Positions 26,852 to 35,895 of a stretch of 64,000 nt of DNA are shown in pieces (position 1 is the first letter of the stretch; each line of letters opens with the position of its first letter). The notes under the pieces were generated by a model that saw nothing but the letters and a program-made list of their open reading frames with translations, made no database searches and was not told the DNA's origin. Origin of the DNA: Candidatus Beckwithbacteria bacterium GW2011_GWC1_49_16 (GTDB taxonomy: Bacteria > Patescibacteriota > Microgenomatia > UBA1400 > CG1-02-47-37); contig CP011210.1 in assembly GCA_001029675.1 (NCBI GenBank), forward strand, positions 841,280 through 905,279, written 5' to 3'. Both the position numbers and the translations under genes were made by a program.

Positions 26852-28807
26852 ATGCCAACTAAAAAGCCCAATAAAGCTGAAGAAATTATCAAAAAGGTTT
26901 TTAAAGAGCCGGATATTGCCCATGGCCTTAAAGAGTTTGAAGACTTGGATTTGAAAACTATCCTTTATATCACCGAGGAAGAAAAAGGCAGATATTTTGT
27001 GAAAGATCTTAAATCCGGCAAAACAAGGCTGGTTTATGACGAGACCAAAAAAAAGGGCAAGCCAGAGGAGATTGTGCGCCAGCTTTGGCTTTACAAGCTC
27101 AACAAAATCTATGGCTATCCTTTTGAAAGGATTGAAGTAGAAAAAAGTATCCATTTCGGCAGAGAGATTAGAGCAAAAGCGGCTGACATTGTGATTACCA
27201 AAACAGACAAAATCACACCCTATATTATCGTTGAAGTAAAAAAGCCTGATGAGAAAAAAGGCATAGAACAGTTAAAGAGTTATCTATCTGCCGAGGGTAG
27301 CGAAATTGGCGTTTGGTCAAACGGGATAGAAAAGGTGGTGCTCTACCGCCCTTACCCTAAAGAATATGAAGACTCTTTGAGTGATATTCCCAGAGCAGAC
27401 CAAAAGATTGACGATTTATTCGAAGTTAGGCGCACTTGGCAGGAATTAAACCCTAAGTTTGACTTTGTCCATATTGTCAGAAGCATCGAAGAGGCGGCGC
27501 TGGCTGGTTCCGGGGCGAATGTATTTGAAGAGATTTTTAAAATTCTTTATGCCAAGCTATTTGACGAAAAACTGGCCCGGGATCAACGGAAAGATCAAGA
27601 GGTGTTGTTTAGAAAATATAAAGATCCGGAAAAAACTTATGAGGTGATTAACCAACTTTTTAAAAATGCTGCTAGGCAATGGCCGGATACTTTTGAGCTG
27701 TCTGACAAGATTAGGCTTTCTCCCCAGAGACTTAATGTTTGTGTGCCATTTTTAGAAAAAGTGCGTTTGTTTGAAGTGGGCCAAGGAGAACTGGAGATTA
27801 TCGATAGCGCTTTTGAGTACTTAATTACCGAGGTTTCCAAGGGTAAAAAAGGGCAGTATTTCACCCCCCGCCACGTAATTAAGATGTGTATCAAGATTGT
27901 GAACCCCAAAACAAGCGAATATGTGATTGATCCTGCCTGTGGCTCGGGAGGGTTTCTGCTTCACACCATGTATCATGCCTGGGAAGAATTACCGACCGAA
28001 GCGGCTAAAAAAGAGTACGCCGCCAAATATTTATACGGCATTGACTTTGACGATAACATGCGCCGGATTTCCCAAGCGCTGATGCTAATTGCCGGAGACG
28101 GCAAGCACCATATTTTCAAACGCAACTCGCTTGACAGTCGTGACTGGACCGGCTATGAAGCCGAAGAAGCCAGAGTAGAGTTTAAAAAACTGCTACACAA
28201 ATTTGATAATCCCGCTGATGACAAGGAAAATCAAAAAAGCTTTAGGCATTTGGATTTCGACATCCTGCTGACAAACCCACCGTTTGCCGGAGAGAATAAG
28301 GGCGACGCCGGACTTTTAAGACAATACGAATTGGCTAAAAGCGACGGTAAGCTAAAAAACAATGTCGATCGGCATATCCTATTTATCGAGCGATCGCTAG
28401 ACGCTGTCCGCCCTGGGGGCAGACTAGCGATAGTTTTACCCCAAGGGGTGCTTAACAATACCAATATGGCCTACATTCGCCAGTGGCTGTTTGATAAGGC
28501 CATAATTTTGGCGGTGGTCGGGCTTCACGTCAACACTTTTAAACCTCACGCGGGCACGAAAACGTCCGTGCTATTTTTGCAAAAGTGGCCCGAGGACAAA
28601 AAACACCTCAAAGACTACCCTATTTTTATGGCGGTTTCCAAAAAACCCGGCAAGGACAACTCCGGCGACTATGTTTATAAAAAAGACGATAAAGGCAACT
28701 TTTCCTACGACGTTAATGGTCGCAAGGTCCTGGATCACGACCTAGACGAAATTGCGGATAAGTTTATCGAGTTTGCTAAAAAGGAGGGTTTTAGTTTTTC
28801 GACATGA
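26852..28807 (+). CDS. Restriction-modification fusion: HsdR-N-type PD-(D/E)XK nuclease domain plus N6-adenine DNA methyltransferase (Type IIB/BcgI-A-like)
   Basis: Residues about 100-180: ADIVITKTD...PYIIVEVKKPD...GIEQLKSY...GVWSNG, equivalent to the HsdR N-terminal endonuclease motifs. MTase motif I DPACGSGGFL and motif IV LLTNPPFAG. Confidence 0.8.
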   Translation: MPTKKPNKAEEIIKKVFKEPDIAHGLKEFEDLDLKTILYITEEEKGRYFVKDLKSGKTRLVYDETKKKGKPEEIVRQLWLYKLNKIYGYPFERIEVEKSIHFGREIRAKAADIVITKTDKITPYIIVEVKKPDEKKGIEQLKSYLSAEGSEIGVWSNGIEKVVLYRPYPKEYEDSLSDIPRADQKIDDLFEVRRTWQELNPKFDFVHIVRSIEEAALAGSGANVFEEIFKILYAKLFDEKLARDQRKDQEVLFRKYKDPEKTYEVINQLFKNAARQWPDTFELSDKIRLSPQRLNVCVPFLEKVRLFEVGQGELEIIDSAFEYLITEVSKGKKGQYFTPRHVIKMCIKIVNPKTSEYVIDPACGSGGFLLHTMYHAWEELPTEAAKKEYAAKYLYGIDFDDNMRRISQALMLIAGDGKHHIFKRNSLDSRDWTGYEAEEARVEFKKLLHKFDNPADDKENQKSFRHLDFDILLTNPPFAGENKGDAGLLRQYELAKSDGKLKNNVDRHILFIERSLDAVRPGGRLAIVLPQGVLNNTNMAYIRQWLFDKAIILAVVGLHVNTFKPHAGTKTSVLFLQKWPEDKKHLKDYPIFMAVSKKPGKDNSGDYVYKKDDKGNFSYDVNGRKVLDHDLDEIADKFIEFAKKEGFSFST

Positions 28808-30549
28808 GATACAAAAAATTTCTAATTCAAAATTATAAAGCCATCAAAAAAGCAACCATAGAATTGACAGACGATGGTCTTGTCTTGCTACTAGGAATAA
28901 ACGAGTCTGGAAAGACGAGTGTTCTACTGGCTATAGAGTCATTTGATCATACAAATGACCCTACCGATGAGAATCTGAAACTAAAACGGTATAAGCAGAT
29001 AAGAAATAAAAGAGAGATTACGGGTGTTAGCGAGGCCAAAATAACAGCCGAGATACAAATGGAGAAAAACGACCAAAAGAGGATCAAAGAAACGCTTTTA
29101 ACAGATGGTTTTTTAGACAAGGATCGAGAAAGAGAATTTCAAGAGCTCCTTAAGATAGTAGGTGTGATAAAGATATGCAGAAAATTTGTTTATCAAGATG
29201 CAGAGTTTAATCAAGTTGTCTATGAACTTTTGGATAACGGTAAAAAATTCTTAAGCCTCTTAAAAGGTGAAATTAATGAGGATGCAGTTTGCAAGTCTAT
29301 TCTAAAAATCTCCCCATCAGTTCAGTATTTTGAAGATTTCAAAGACCAGATACCAGAATTTATTAGTCCTGTTCCAGGCGCACAGTATTATGATTTAGAT
29401 TGGGTCAATACACTGGAAGGTCTTTTCTATCATGCGGACCCAAAGCTGTCGATATCAGCCTTTGAGGCAATCAAAGATGATGTTGCTAGAAAAACCTTAG
29501 AAAGAAGGGTAAACAACAAATTAAATAAACAATTCACTCAGCGCTGGAATAAATTAAAAGGCGTAAAAACTATTCATCAGGCAGACCTTATTTATCTAAA
29601 GACAGAACAGCTTTTTACCTTTCAAATAGTAGGGGCTGATAGGGCAACAGTTTTTTCTGTTGATGAAAGAAGTAAGGGGGCCTTGTGGTATTTCACTTTT
29701 CTTTTAAAAACTGAGTTTAGGAAACGTAAACTGAGAGCACAAACTGGAAAGACTTTATACCTAATAGATGAGCCTGGTTCCAACTTGCACTCATCGGCTC
29801 AGACAAATATGAGAGAGGATTTTAAAACTCTGGCTAGCGACTCTAATGTTATATACACAACTCACAACCAGTATCTTATTGATACAACTAACCTTTCAAG
29901 CACCTATATCACTGAAACTTCTGGAGGCGTGATCAAAGCTACTAAGTATAGCCAGTATTTACAAGGACGCAGTGTTAAGACTTCTTACTTCCAGCCACTA
30001 CTGGATGCAATTAAAGTACAACCTTTTTCGCTAGAAATTCCATGGGAAAAAACATTAATCTGTGAAGGAATATATGACTACATTGCTTACTCCATAGCTT
30101 TTGAAGATTTACTTGGTAAAAAGCTGGGTTTCTCCATTATTCCGGGAGAAGGTGCTTCTAGTCTTTCACCTCTCATATCTCTGAGTATAGCCTGGGGTTC
30201 AAAGTTTTTGGTGTTGCTCGATAGAGATGAAGAGGGGGTGGAACAAGCTGAAAGGTACTCTGGTAATTTTAAAATTTTCAAAGATAAAATCTTAACTTTA
30301 GGTGATATTGCCAAATTGGCAAAACAGAATTTTGAAGTGGAAGACCTTTTTTCTGTCCGAGATAAAATGAAACTTGCTACTTTGGCTGGAGTGTCCTTGG
30401 TCAAACCTCCAACGAAGGGGTCTTTTGACCAAATTTTGGCTACCATATTTCTCTCACAACCTTTAAGGAGAAAGGTTCAAGACAATTTGGAAAAGAGCAC
30501 AAAAAAAACATTTGAAGGAATTTACAGACATTTAAACTCTCTTTATTAA
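28804..30549 (+). CDS. OLD-family ATP-dependent endonuclease (ABC-type ATPase plus Toprim)
   Basis: Walker A LGINESGKTS, Walker B LYLIDEPGSNLH, H-loop TTHNQ. C-terminal Toprim: TLICEGIYDYIAY (catalytic Glu) and FLVLLDRDEEG (DxD). ATGA overlap with the upstream gene. Confidence 0.75.
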   Translation: MRYKKFLIQNYKAIKKATIELTDDGLVLLLGINESGKTSVLLAIESFDHTNDPTDENLKLKRYKQIRNKREITGVSEAKITAEIQMEKNDQKRIKETLLTDGFLDKDREREFQELLKIVGVIKICRKFVYQDAEFNQVVYELLDNGKKFLSLLKGEINEDAVCKSILKISPSVQYFEDFKDQIPEFISPVPGAQYYDLDWVNTLEGLFYHADPKLSISAFEAIKDDVARKTLERRVNNKLNKQFTQRWNKLKGVKTIHQADLIYLKTEQLFTFQIVGADRATVFSVDERSKGALWYFTFLLKTEFRKRKLRAQTGKTLYLIDEPGSNLHSSAQTNMREDFKTLASDSNVIYTTHNQYLIDTTNLSSTYITETSGGVIKATKYSQYLQGRSVKTSYFQPLLDAIKVQPFSLEIPWEKTLICEGIYDYIAYSIAFEDLLGKKLGFSIIPGEGASSLSPLISLSIAWGSKFLVLLDRDEEGVEQAERYSGNFKIFKDKILTLGDIAKLAKQNFEVEDLFSVRDKMKLATLAGVSLVKPPTKGSFDQILATIFLSQPLRRKVQDNLEKSTKKTFEGIYRHLNSLY

Positions 30550-30556
30550 AATTGCC

Positions 30557-31957
30557 ATGGATTTTTCAATAATCCAAAAATCTCAACTTGAAGGACCGAA
30601 TCGGCTGGATGCGGAATATTTTCAACCACAATATTTGGAATTAGAGAAGAATATTTTACAAACAGATACACTTATAAAGTGGGAAGAAATAGATGGTAAA
30701 TTCATTACAGGTCCGTTTGGTTCGGAATTTAATGTTGAAAACTACGATGAGAACAGCCAACACAGATATGTTAGGGGTAAGGATGTAAAACCCTTCTTTT
30801 TATCGACGGATGATAATGTTTACATACCTGAAAAAGATTTTGTAAGACTTAAAAAGTACTCTCTTGAAGAAGATGATATTTTAATATCTGTGGTTGGGAC
30901 TTTGGGAAATGCAACAGTTATAGACAGCTCTAACTTACCTGCCATATTCAGTAGCAAAAGCACTACATTTAGATCCAGAAATATTAATGCGTATTATTTA
31001 TTAGCATATTTAAACTCAAAATATGGTCAGGGGCTTTTGTTAAGATGCTCAAGAGGTCAGGTACAGACAGGGCTAAATATAGTCGACTTGAAAACTTTAC
31101 CTATTTACTTGCCTTCTACAGAAAAGCAAGACGCCGTGGCCTCTTTAGTTAAAAAATCTTACGATTTGCTAGGGCAATCAAAATTTAGGTATGTGGAAGC
31201 AGAAGACTTACTTTTTGAGGAGTTGGGATTGAAAGATTTTGAGGTTCCGGAAGATTTGACTTGGGTGGTAGGTTATTCGGAAGTTGAGAAGGAAAATCGT
31301 GTTGATGCCGAGTACTTTCAACCAAAGTACGAAAAAATTGTTTCAACAATAAAATCATATAGTAAGGGTTGGGACTTTTTAAAAAATTTAACAACTTTGA
31401 TTGGCCATCCTTCAAACCCTCCATATGCTCGCGCGGATTCAATTGATAAAACTTTTATCATCACTCAAAAACATCTTTCAGACTATTTTCCTTTAGATAA
31501 TTTTTGGGAAGATAAAAAAGCACTATATACAACTAATGACTTTATAAATAAAAATAAAGAATTTCTTTTAAGGGAAAACGATATTCTTCTTTATTCAGTC
31601 GGAGCCTATATAGGTAAGACAAACATCTATAATTCAAATACAAAAGCTACAATTGGAAGCTTTTTAACTTTAGTTCGGGCAAAACAAGACATTATCAACC
31701 CGTTTTACCTACTAGTTTTCTTGAATTCTGAAATTGGACACCTTCTTACACGTAGAAATTCAAAAGGATTGGCCCAGCAATACATTTACCCCTATGATAC
31801 AAAAAACATTCCAGTTCCAAAAATTGATAATGGTGTTCAAGAAGAAATTGGGAAGTTTATCAAAAAGGGTTACGAGGCGAGGAAGAAATCAAAAGAGTTA
31901 CTTGAAGAAGCTAAAAGGAAAGTTGAAGAAATGATAGACAAGGGCAGTAAAAACTAA
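30557..31957 (+). CDS. hsdS: Restriction-modification specificity subunit HsdS with two TRDs
   Basis: Two-fold internal repeat with conserved LDAEYFQPQY / VDAEYFQPKY blocks at residues about 18 and about 251. 466 aa. Confidence 0.8.
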   Translation: MDFSIIQKSQLEGPNRLDAEYFQPQYLELEKNILQTDTLIKWEEIDGKFITGPFGSEFNVENYDENSQHRYVRGKDVKPFFLSTDDNVYIPEKDFVRLKKYSLEEDDILISVVGTLGNATVIDSSNLPAIFSSKSTTFRSRNINAYYLLAYLNSKYGQGLLLRCSRGQVQTGLNIVDLKTLPIYLPSTEKQDAVASLVKKSYDLLGQSKFRYVEAEDLLFEELGLKDFEVPEDLTWVVGYSEVEKENRVDAEYFQPKYEKIVSTIKSYSKGWDFLKNLTTLIGHPSNPPYARADSIDKTFIITQKHLSDYFPLDNFWEDKKALYTTNDFINKNKEFLLRENDILLYSVGAYIGKTNIYNSNTKATIGSFLTLVRAKQDIINPFYLLVFLNSEIGHLLTRRNSKGLAQQYIYPYDTKNIPVPKIDNGVQEEIGKFIKKGYEARKKSKELLEEAKRKVEEMIDKGSKN

Positions 31958-31964
31958 TGATCTT

Positions 31965-32159
31965 ATGAATATTAAAGAACTATTAAAGGAAATGGAAAGA
32001 GTTTATGAGCCCCAAGAAATAGAATTTGATTTTACTAGGTTATTCTATAAACTTGAGAAGATTTGCCCGGAGCATGGAGTTGGAGAGAAAAATTTAGACC
32101 TACAAAGATATGCTTGTCCGGCTTGCAATAAGATTCTAAAGAAAAAGAGGCGTTTATGA
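31965..32159 (+). CDS. Small zinc-ribbon protein with basic tail
   Basis: CPEHG...CPAC, C-terminal KKKRRL. 7 nt after the hsdS stop. Confidence 0.4.
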   Translation: MNIKELLKEMERVYEPQEIEFDFTRLFYKLEKICPEHGVGEKNLDLQRYACPACNKILKKKRRL

Positions 32160-32476
32160 CCAAACAGGCTTTGCTGGAAAAACTGGAAGTAAAAGTTGGA
32201 AAAACTTTAAGGTTTATAAACGAAGTTTTATTCCCTAGAAACGACGTAAATAGAGATATCTTGGATAAATATAAAGTGGTGCTCAATAACTACTTAAAAA
32301 GTAAAAATATTGACACACTACATCAGCTGAAAGATTTACATTATAGACCAACACCTGAGGGTTCTCAGACTGACTACACTGAAGGCACGGGTTTGGCTTT
32401 TGATGGAAAACACACTACGCTTTCTGACCTGCTTATGGAAATTGAAGATTTAATTGTAATAATTAGAAAGAATTGA
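32156..32476 (+). CDS. Hypothetical protein
   Basis: 106 aa. ATGA overlap with the upstream ORF. Confidence 0.35.
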   Translation: MTKQALLEKLEVKVGKTLRFINEVLFPRNDVNRDILDKYKVVLNNYLKSKNIDTLHQLKDLHYRPTPEGSQTDYTEGTGLAFDGKHTTLSDLLMEIEDLIVIIRKN

Positions 32477-32479
32477 TAA

Positions 32480-32938
32480 ATGAGTGATAAAAAGAAAAAA
32501 GGAAGAACTGGAGAGCAAGAGGTGGTTGATTTAGTAAAATGTCCAAATTGTTTAAGTAAACTAATCTTGCTACCAGAAAGTTTTCCGATGTATGACGTGC
32601 AATGTTCGAGGTGTCTTTTTCGAGCCCAAGTGAAAACAGTGCATAGCAAGCCTAAAGCCTCAATTTTCGGCGCCGGATGGAGAATTCTTGAAAAAGTTTT
32701 AAAGGCTGGATGCTTGATGCCTCAATTAATGGTTAACTTCAAGTGGAGTTCAAGAAACGGTGGCTTAAATCAAGAAATTCGTTTTTACCCATTCATTGCT
32801 AAAGGCAATATCCAAAAATATAAATTGTCTGCAAAAGCGAGAAGGGCTAACTATTGGATGTTTAAATACGTGAAGTTAGATAAAATACCCTATCTACCCT
32901 TATATCAACAACACGATCCTCTACGGACTAATGAGTAG
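32480..32938 (+). CDS. Zinc-ribbon protein, possible degenerate PD-(D/E)XK (Hjc-like) nuclease fold
   Basis: GRTGEQEV (GxxGE-like motif I), CPNC..CSRC insertion, YDVQ and AQVK as candidate D/(E/Q)xK. Speculative. Confidence 0.3.
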   Translation: MSDKKKKGRTGEQEVVDLVKCPNCLSKLILLPESFPMYDVQCSRCLFRAQVKTVHSKPKASIFGAGWRILEKVLKAGCLMPQLMVNFKWSSRNGGLNQEIRFYPFIAKGNIQKYKLSAKARRANYWMFKYVKLDKIPYLPLYQQHDPLRTNE

Positions 32939-32964
32939 AATTTTTTAGGTTATAAGGTTCTTCT

Positions 32965-33030
32965 ATGACCCATAAAAAATTTCTGGCAAAGTATCGCAAG
33001 TTTTTGAGGGAGAACCGAGAAAATTTCTAA
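32965..33030 (+). pseudogene. 5' remnant of an AlkD-like DNA alkylation repair gene
   Basis: Encodes MTHKKFLAKYRKFLRENRENF-stop. Nucleotide and peptide similarity to the start of the intact gene at 34463 (MTPQKFLATYRKFLKENYNAE). Confidence 0.55.
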
Positions 33031-33044
33031 TTGACCTAATTGTT

Positions 33045-33581
33045 CTAAGATTTACTTCGCCTCCACACCATCCTACTCGAATCATCCATGGTGCGGCGGA
33101 AGCCGCGGTTGAGGTAAAACTGGTTTAAGTCGGGATCCCCTGGTTTGGTGCCGATACCATGAAGAACGTCTATCTCGATATAGTCATACTGGCTTTTTAG
33201 ATCATCTAATAAAGTTGTACCGATACCCTGGTTTTGAAATTCGGGATCTACGATCCTAAAGTGGCCATGAAAACCGCGTGATTCCTGACCAACAATTTCT
33301 TCTCCGATATGAGCACCGAAAACTTGACTGGGGCCCTGGGCAAGAATGGTAGTGAGGGGGCGGCTAGGATCGAAAGGTTGGCTAAGCCAAGATTTGACTC
33401 TGTCCGGTAACCAATTTCTATCCGGATACTTGACTTCCAAATAAAGGATAAAGTCCAAGAAGGTTTGGGCCGCTTTGGCGGGAACTTCCTGGACTAAATT
33501 GTAGTCGGCGCCGAGCCTTAAGGATTCTTTTAGTTTAGTCAATTTACGGCAACATGTAGCCCAGGCGGGCGAAGTTGACAA
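33045..33581 (-). CDS. GNAT family N-acetyltransferase
   Basis: FQNQGIGTTLLDDL is acetyl-CoA-binding motif A. Confidence 0.65.
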   Translation of the reverse strand: MSTSPAWATCCRKLTKLKESLRLGADYNLVQEVPAKAAQTFLDFILYLEVKYPDRNWLPDRVKSWLSQPFDPSRPLTTILAQGPSQVFGAHIGEEIVGQESRGFHGHFRIVDPEFQNQGIGTTLLDDLKSQYDYIEIDVLHGIGTKPGDPDLNQFYLNRGFRRTMDDSSRMVWRRSKS

Positions 33582-34416
33582 AATTTCCTAAGCGGTCAAG
33601 TAAAACTTGCTCTTTAATGTCCTGCTCTGTTTCGTTGTAGACCATCACGTTAGATTCCCTGAGCTTTAATATATTTAGTCTGACTTCTACAGGCAGCGAT
33701 TTATTGATGGGGTAAGAGTCAAAAATATCCATATCAAAAAAAGCATCCCTTTCTTGGCTATCTACCGCGTTAACCGCTAGTTTGTCGTGGCTTAGAGTAA
33801 AACCAACCGGTTCATGGTCTGGATCTAGTAGAACTGTCGGTTCGGGCATAAGGTCGGGTAGGAGTAAGTGGGCTACGGCTCTGGACATTATTTCTGCCGA
33901 GGCAAAGTATCTGGCTACTTCCGGAGCGTCGTTTTGAAGTTTATGGCCCGCTTTTTCGACTATTGTGGGCTTCTGGCCTGGTTTTCTCATAGTAATTTTG
34001 AAATAATCTAGAATCGGGTTTCTAACATACTCAGGTTGTGGGGTATCGGGGTAAAGCCTGTATAGGGCTTTAGTAATTACTTCCTGTGAGTTGTTAAAGC
34101 CGCCACCGAAGAGTTTGACTATGGTTGATTCAGTATCTCTAGTTGCGGCTCCGAGTTCTGGGCCGTTTATGATTGAAAAAATTAAACCTTCGCGCCTGAT
34201 GCTGTTTCTGCCTACAGGAATAAGGCTTAGATTAGGATTTAATAGATTAACCAGGAACATTCCGGCATCTTTAGTTTTAAGACCTTTAAGCTTTGTCTCA
34301 ACCTGGTCAAGATTTAAACGTCGGGGGTCACTAATGGCTTGAGCTGCTAGATCGAGGTGGTTTCGAGCACGTTCAAGGTAAGGGGCAGGAGTGGGTACTT
34401 TAACCTCGCCTCCCAT
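33544..34416 (-). CDS. Hypothetical protein
   Basis: 290 aa ORF. Confidence 0.4.
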   Translation of the reverse strand: MGGEVKVPTPAPYLERARNHLDLAAQAISDPRRLNLDQVETKLKGLKTKDAGMFLVNLLNPNLSLIPVGRNSIRREGLIFSIINGPELGAATRDTESTIVKLFGGGFNNSQEVITKALYRLYPDTPQPEYVRNPILDYFKITMRKPGQKPTIVEKAGHKLQNDAPEVARYFASAEIMSRAVAHLLLPDLMPEPTVLLDPDHEPVGFTLSHDKLAVNAVDSQERDAFFDMDIFDSYPINKSLPVEVRLNILKLRESNVMVYNETEQDIKEQVLLDRLGNFVNFARLGYMLP

Positions 34417-34462
34417 AGTGGCAGTATAATATCATAGATATTTTGTGAAGTAAACTAAATTT

Positions 34463-35209
34463 ATGACCCCGCAAAAATTCCTGGCTACGTACCGCAAGTT
34501 TTTAAAAGAGAATTACAACGCCGAGCGAGCCAGGCAGGAGAAAAGATACCTCTACTCTACCCTTAAGCACTACGGCGTGTCGGTGTGGCAGATGAGGAAG
34601 TTTTTTAAGAAATGGCAGAAGGAGATGGCAAGATTAAACAAGAAACAGGCTTTGGCCTGGGCGAAGCTTTTCTGGGCCCAGCCGTCGCACGAGGAGAAAA
34701 GCTTGGCTTTGGGAGTTCTTAACATTCATAAAGACAAACTCACCCTGGCTGATATGCCCTTGATTGAAAAAATGATGCGCGAGTCGCGCGGCTGGGCTTT
34801 GCTTGACTACCTGATGATTCCGCTGATGCCGGGGATTTTAGAGAAAGATAAACGGGCATACAAATATCTGACCAAATGGATTAAGGACAACGATTTCTGG
34901 GTACGGCGGTCGGCACTTTTGGCCCAAAACTTGTTTTTTCGCTATGGCAACGGCGGTGATAAAAAACTATTTTTTAAACTGGCCGAGAGCCAATTTGACG
35001 AGGCTTGGATTGATAAAGTTTACCAAGATAGGCTGATGAACAAACGAGCCAAGTTTTTTATCAGAAAGGCCATCGGTTGGGCTTTGCGGGAGATGGGCGA
35101 GAAAGACCCAAAGGCGGTTTTGGCCTTCACCAAGAAAAACAAGAGTAAGATGTCGGGACTAAGCTATCGGGAAGCGACCAGGAAGATAGAGCCTAAGTTT
35201 GGTATATAA
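34463..35209 (+). CDS. DNA alkylation repair protein (AlkC/AlkD-like HEAT-repeat glycosylase family)
   Basis: Helical-repeat protein. N-terminal and overall pattern typical of the DNA_alkylation family. Confidence 0.55.
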   Translation: MTPQKFLATYRKFLKENYNAERARQEKRYLYSTLKHYGVSVWQMRKFFKKWQKEMARLNKKQALAWAKLFWAQPSHEEKSLALGVLNIHKDKLTLADMPLIEKMMRESRGWALLDYLMIPLMPGILEKDKRAYKYLTKWIKDNDFWVRRSALLAQNLFFRYGNGGDKKLFFKLAESQFDEAWIDKVYQDRLMNKRAKFFIRKAIGWALREMGEKDPKAVLAFTKKNKSKMSGLSYREATRKIEPKFGI

Positions 35210-35217
35210 TTGGGGCA

Positions 35218-35562
35218 ATGTTGGTAGTGGATAATAAAATTTCTCTTGAGAAGCTAAAGCAGATGGCTAAGGACCGGTTTGGTAATTTAGTCAAGGCAGT
35301 GGTGGATACAGCTAAAGAAATTATGGCGGTGGACGGGGAGCTTCACGCTGACCAGGAGAGGCTGCTTTTGGACCGCGGCTCGAAGCAGCAAGATTTGTGG
35401 GGCATTAACCTTTATCCGGAAAAGTATGGCGATGATGATTTTGTCGAGTTTGACTCGATGATTAATTTGAAACCGGGGCAGAATAATTTGAGCCGCGGGG
35501 TAGATGACAAAAAAATCCGAGCCAGGATTGTCAAAATTGTTAACCGGTTGGTAGAGAAATGA
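35218..35562 (+). CDS. Hypothetical protein
   Basis: 114 aa. ATGA overlap with the next ORF. Confidence 0.4.
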   Translation: MLVVDNKISLEKLKQMAKDRFGNLVKAVVDTAKEIMAVDGELHADQERLLLDRGSKQQDLWGINLYPEKYGDDDFVEFDSMINLKPGQNNLSRGVDDKKIRARIVKIVNRLVEK

Positions 35563-35888
35563 AATATCAACATCGGGATTTGGCCAAGGGTAAGTGGAGG
35601 AAATTGACTTTGATGGAACAGATGGCCAACGTGGGCAGTGAGGTGTCAAGAACGATTAAGTGGAAGAAAAAAGATAAAAAGTACGCCCAAATGGCTTTTT
35701 GGCGGGCTTTGGAGCTTTTGGGTTTGACCATTAACGACCCCAAAAACAAAGCTGGGCTTAAGGAAATCTGCCGGGCCAAAGAAATGCTGGTCGATTGGTA
35801 TTTTGATAATCCGCTTTATAGAAGCAGTGATGAGGAGTGGCAGAGGTATTTTAACCAATTTAACTGGGCGGCAAGAATTAAAAGGTAG
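35559..35888 (+). CDS. Hypothetical protein
   Basis: 109 aa. Confidence 0.4.
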   Translation: MKYQHRDLAKGKWRKLTLMEQMANVGSEVSRTIKWKKKDKKYAQMAFWRALELLGLTINDPKNKAGLKEICRAKEMLVDWYFDNPLYRSSDEEWQRYFNQFNWAARIKR

Positions 35889-35895
35889 GTTTTTT

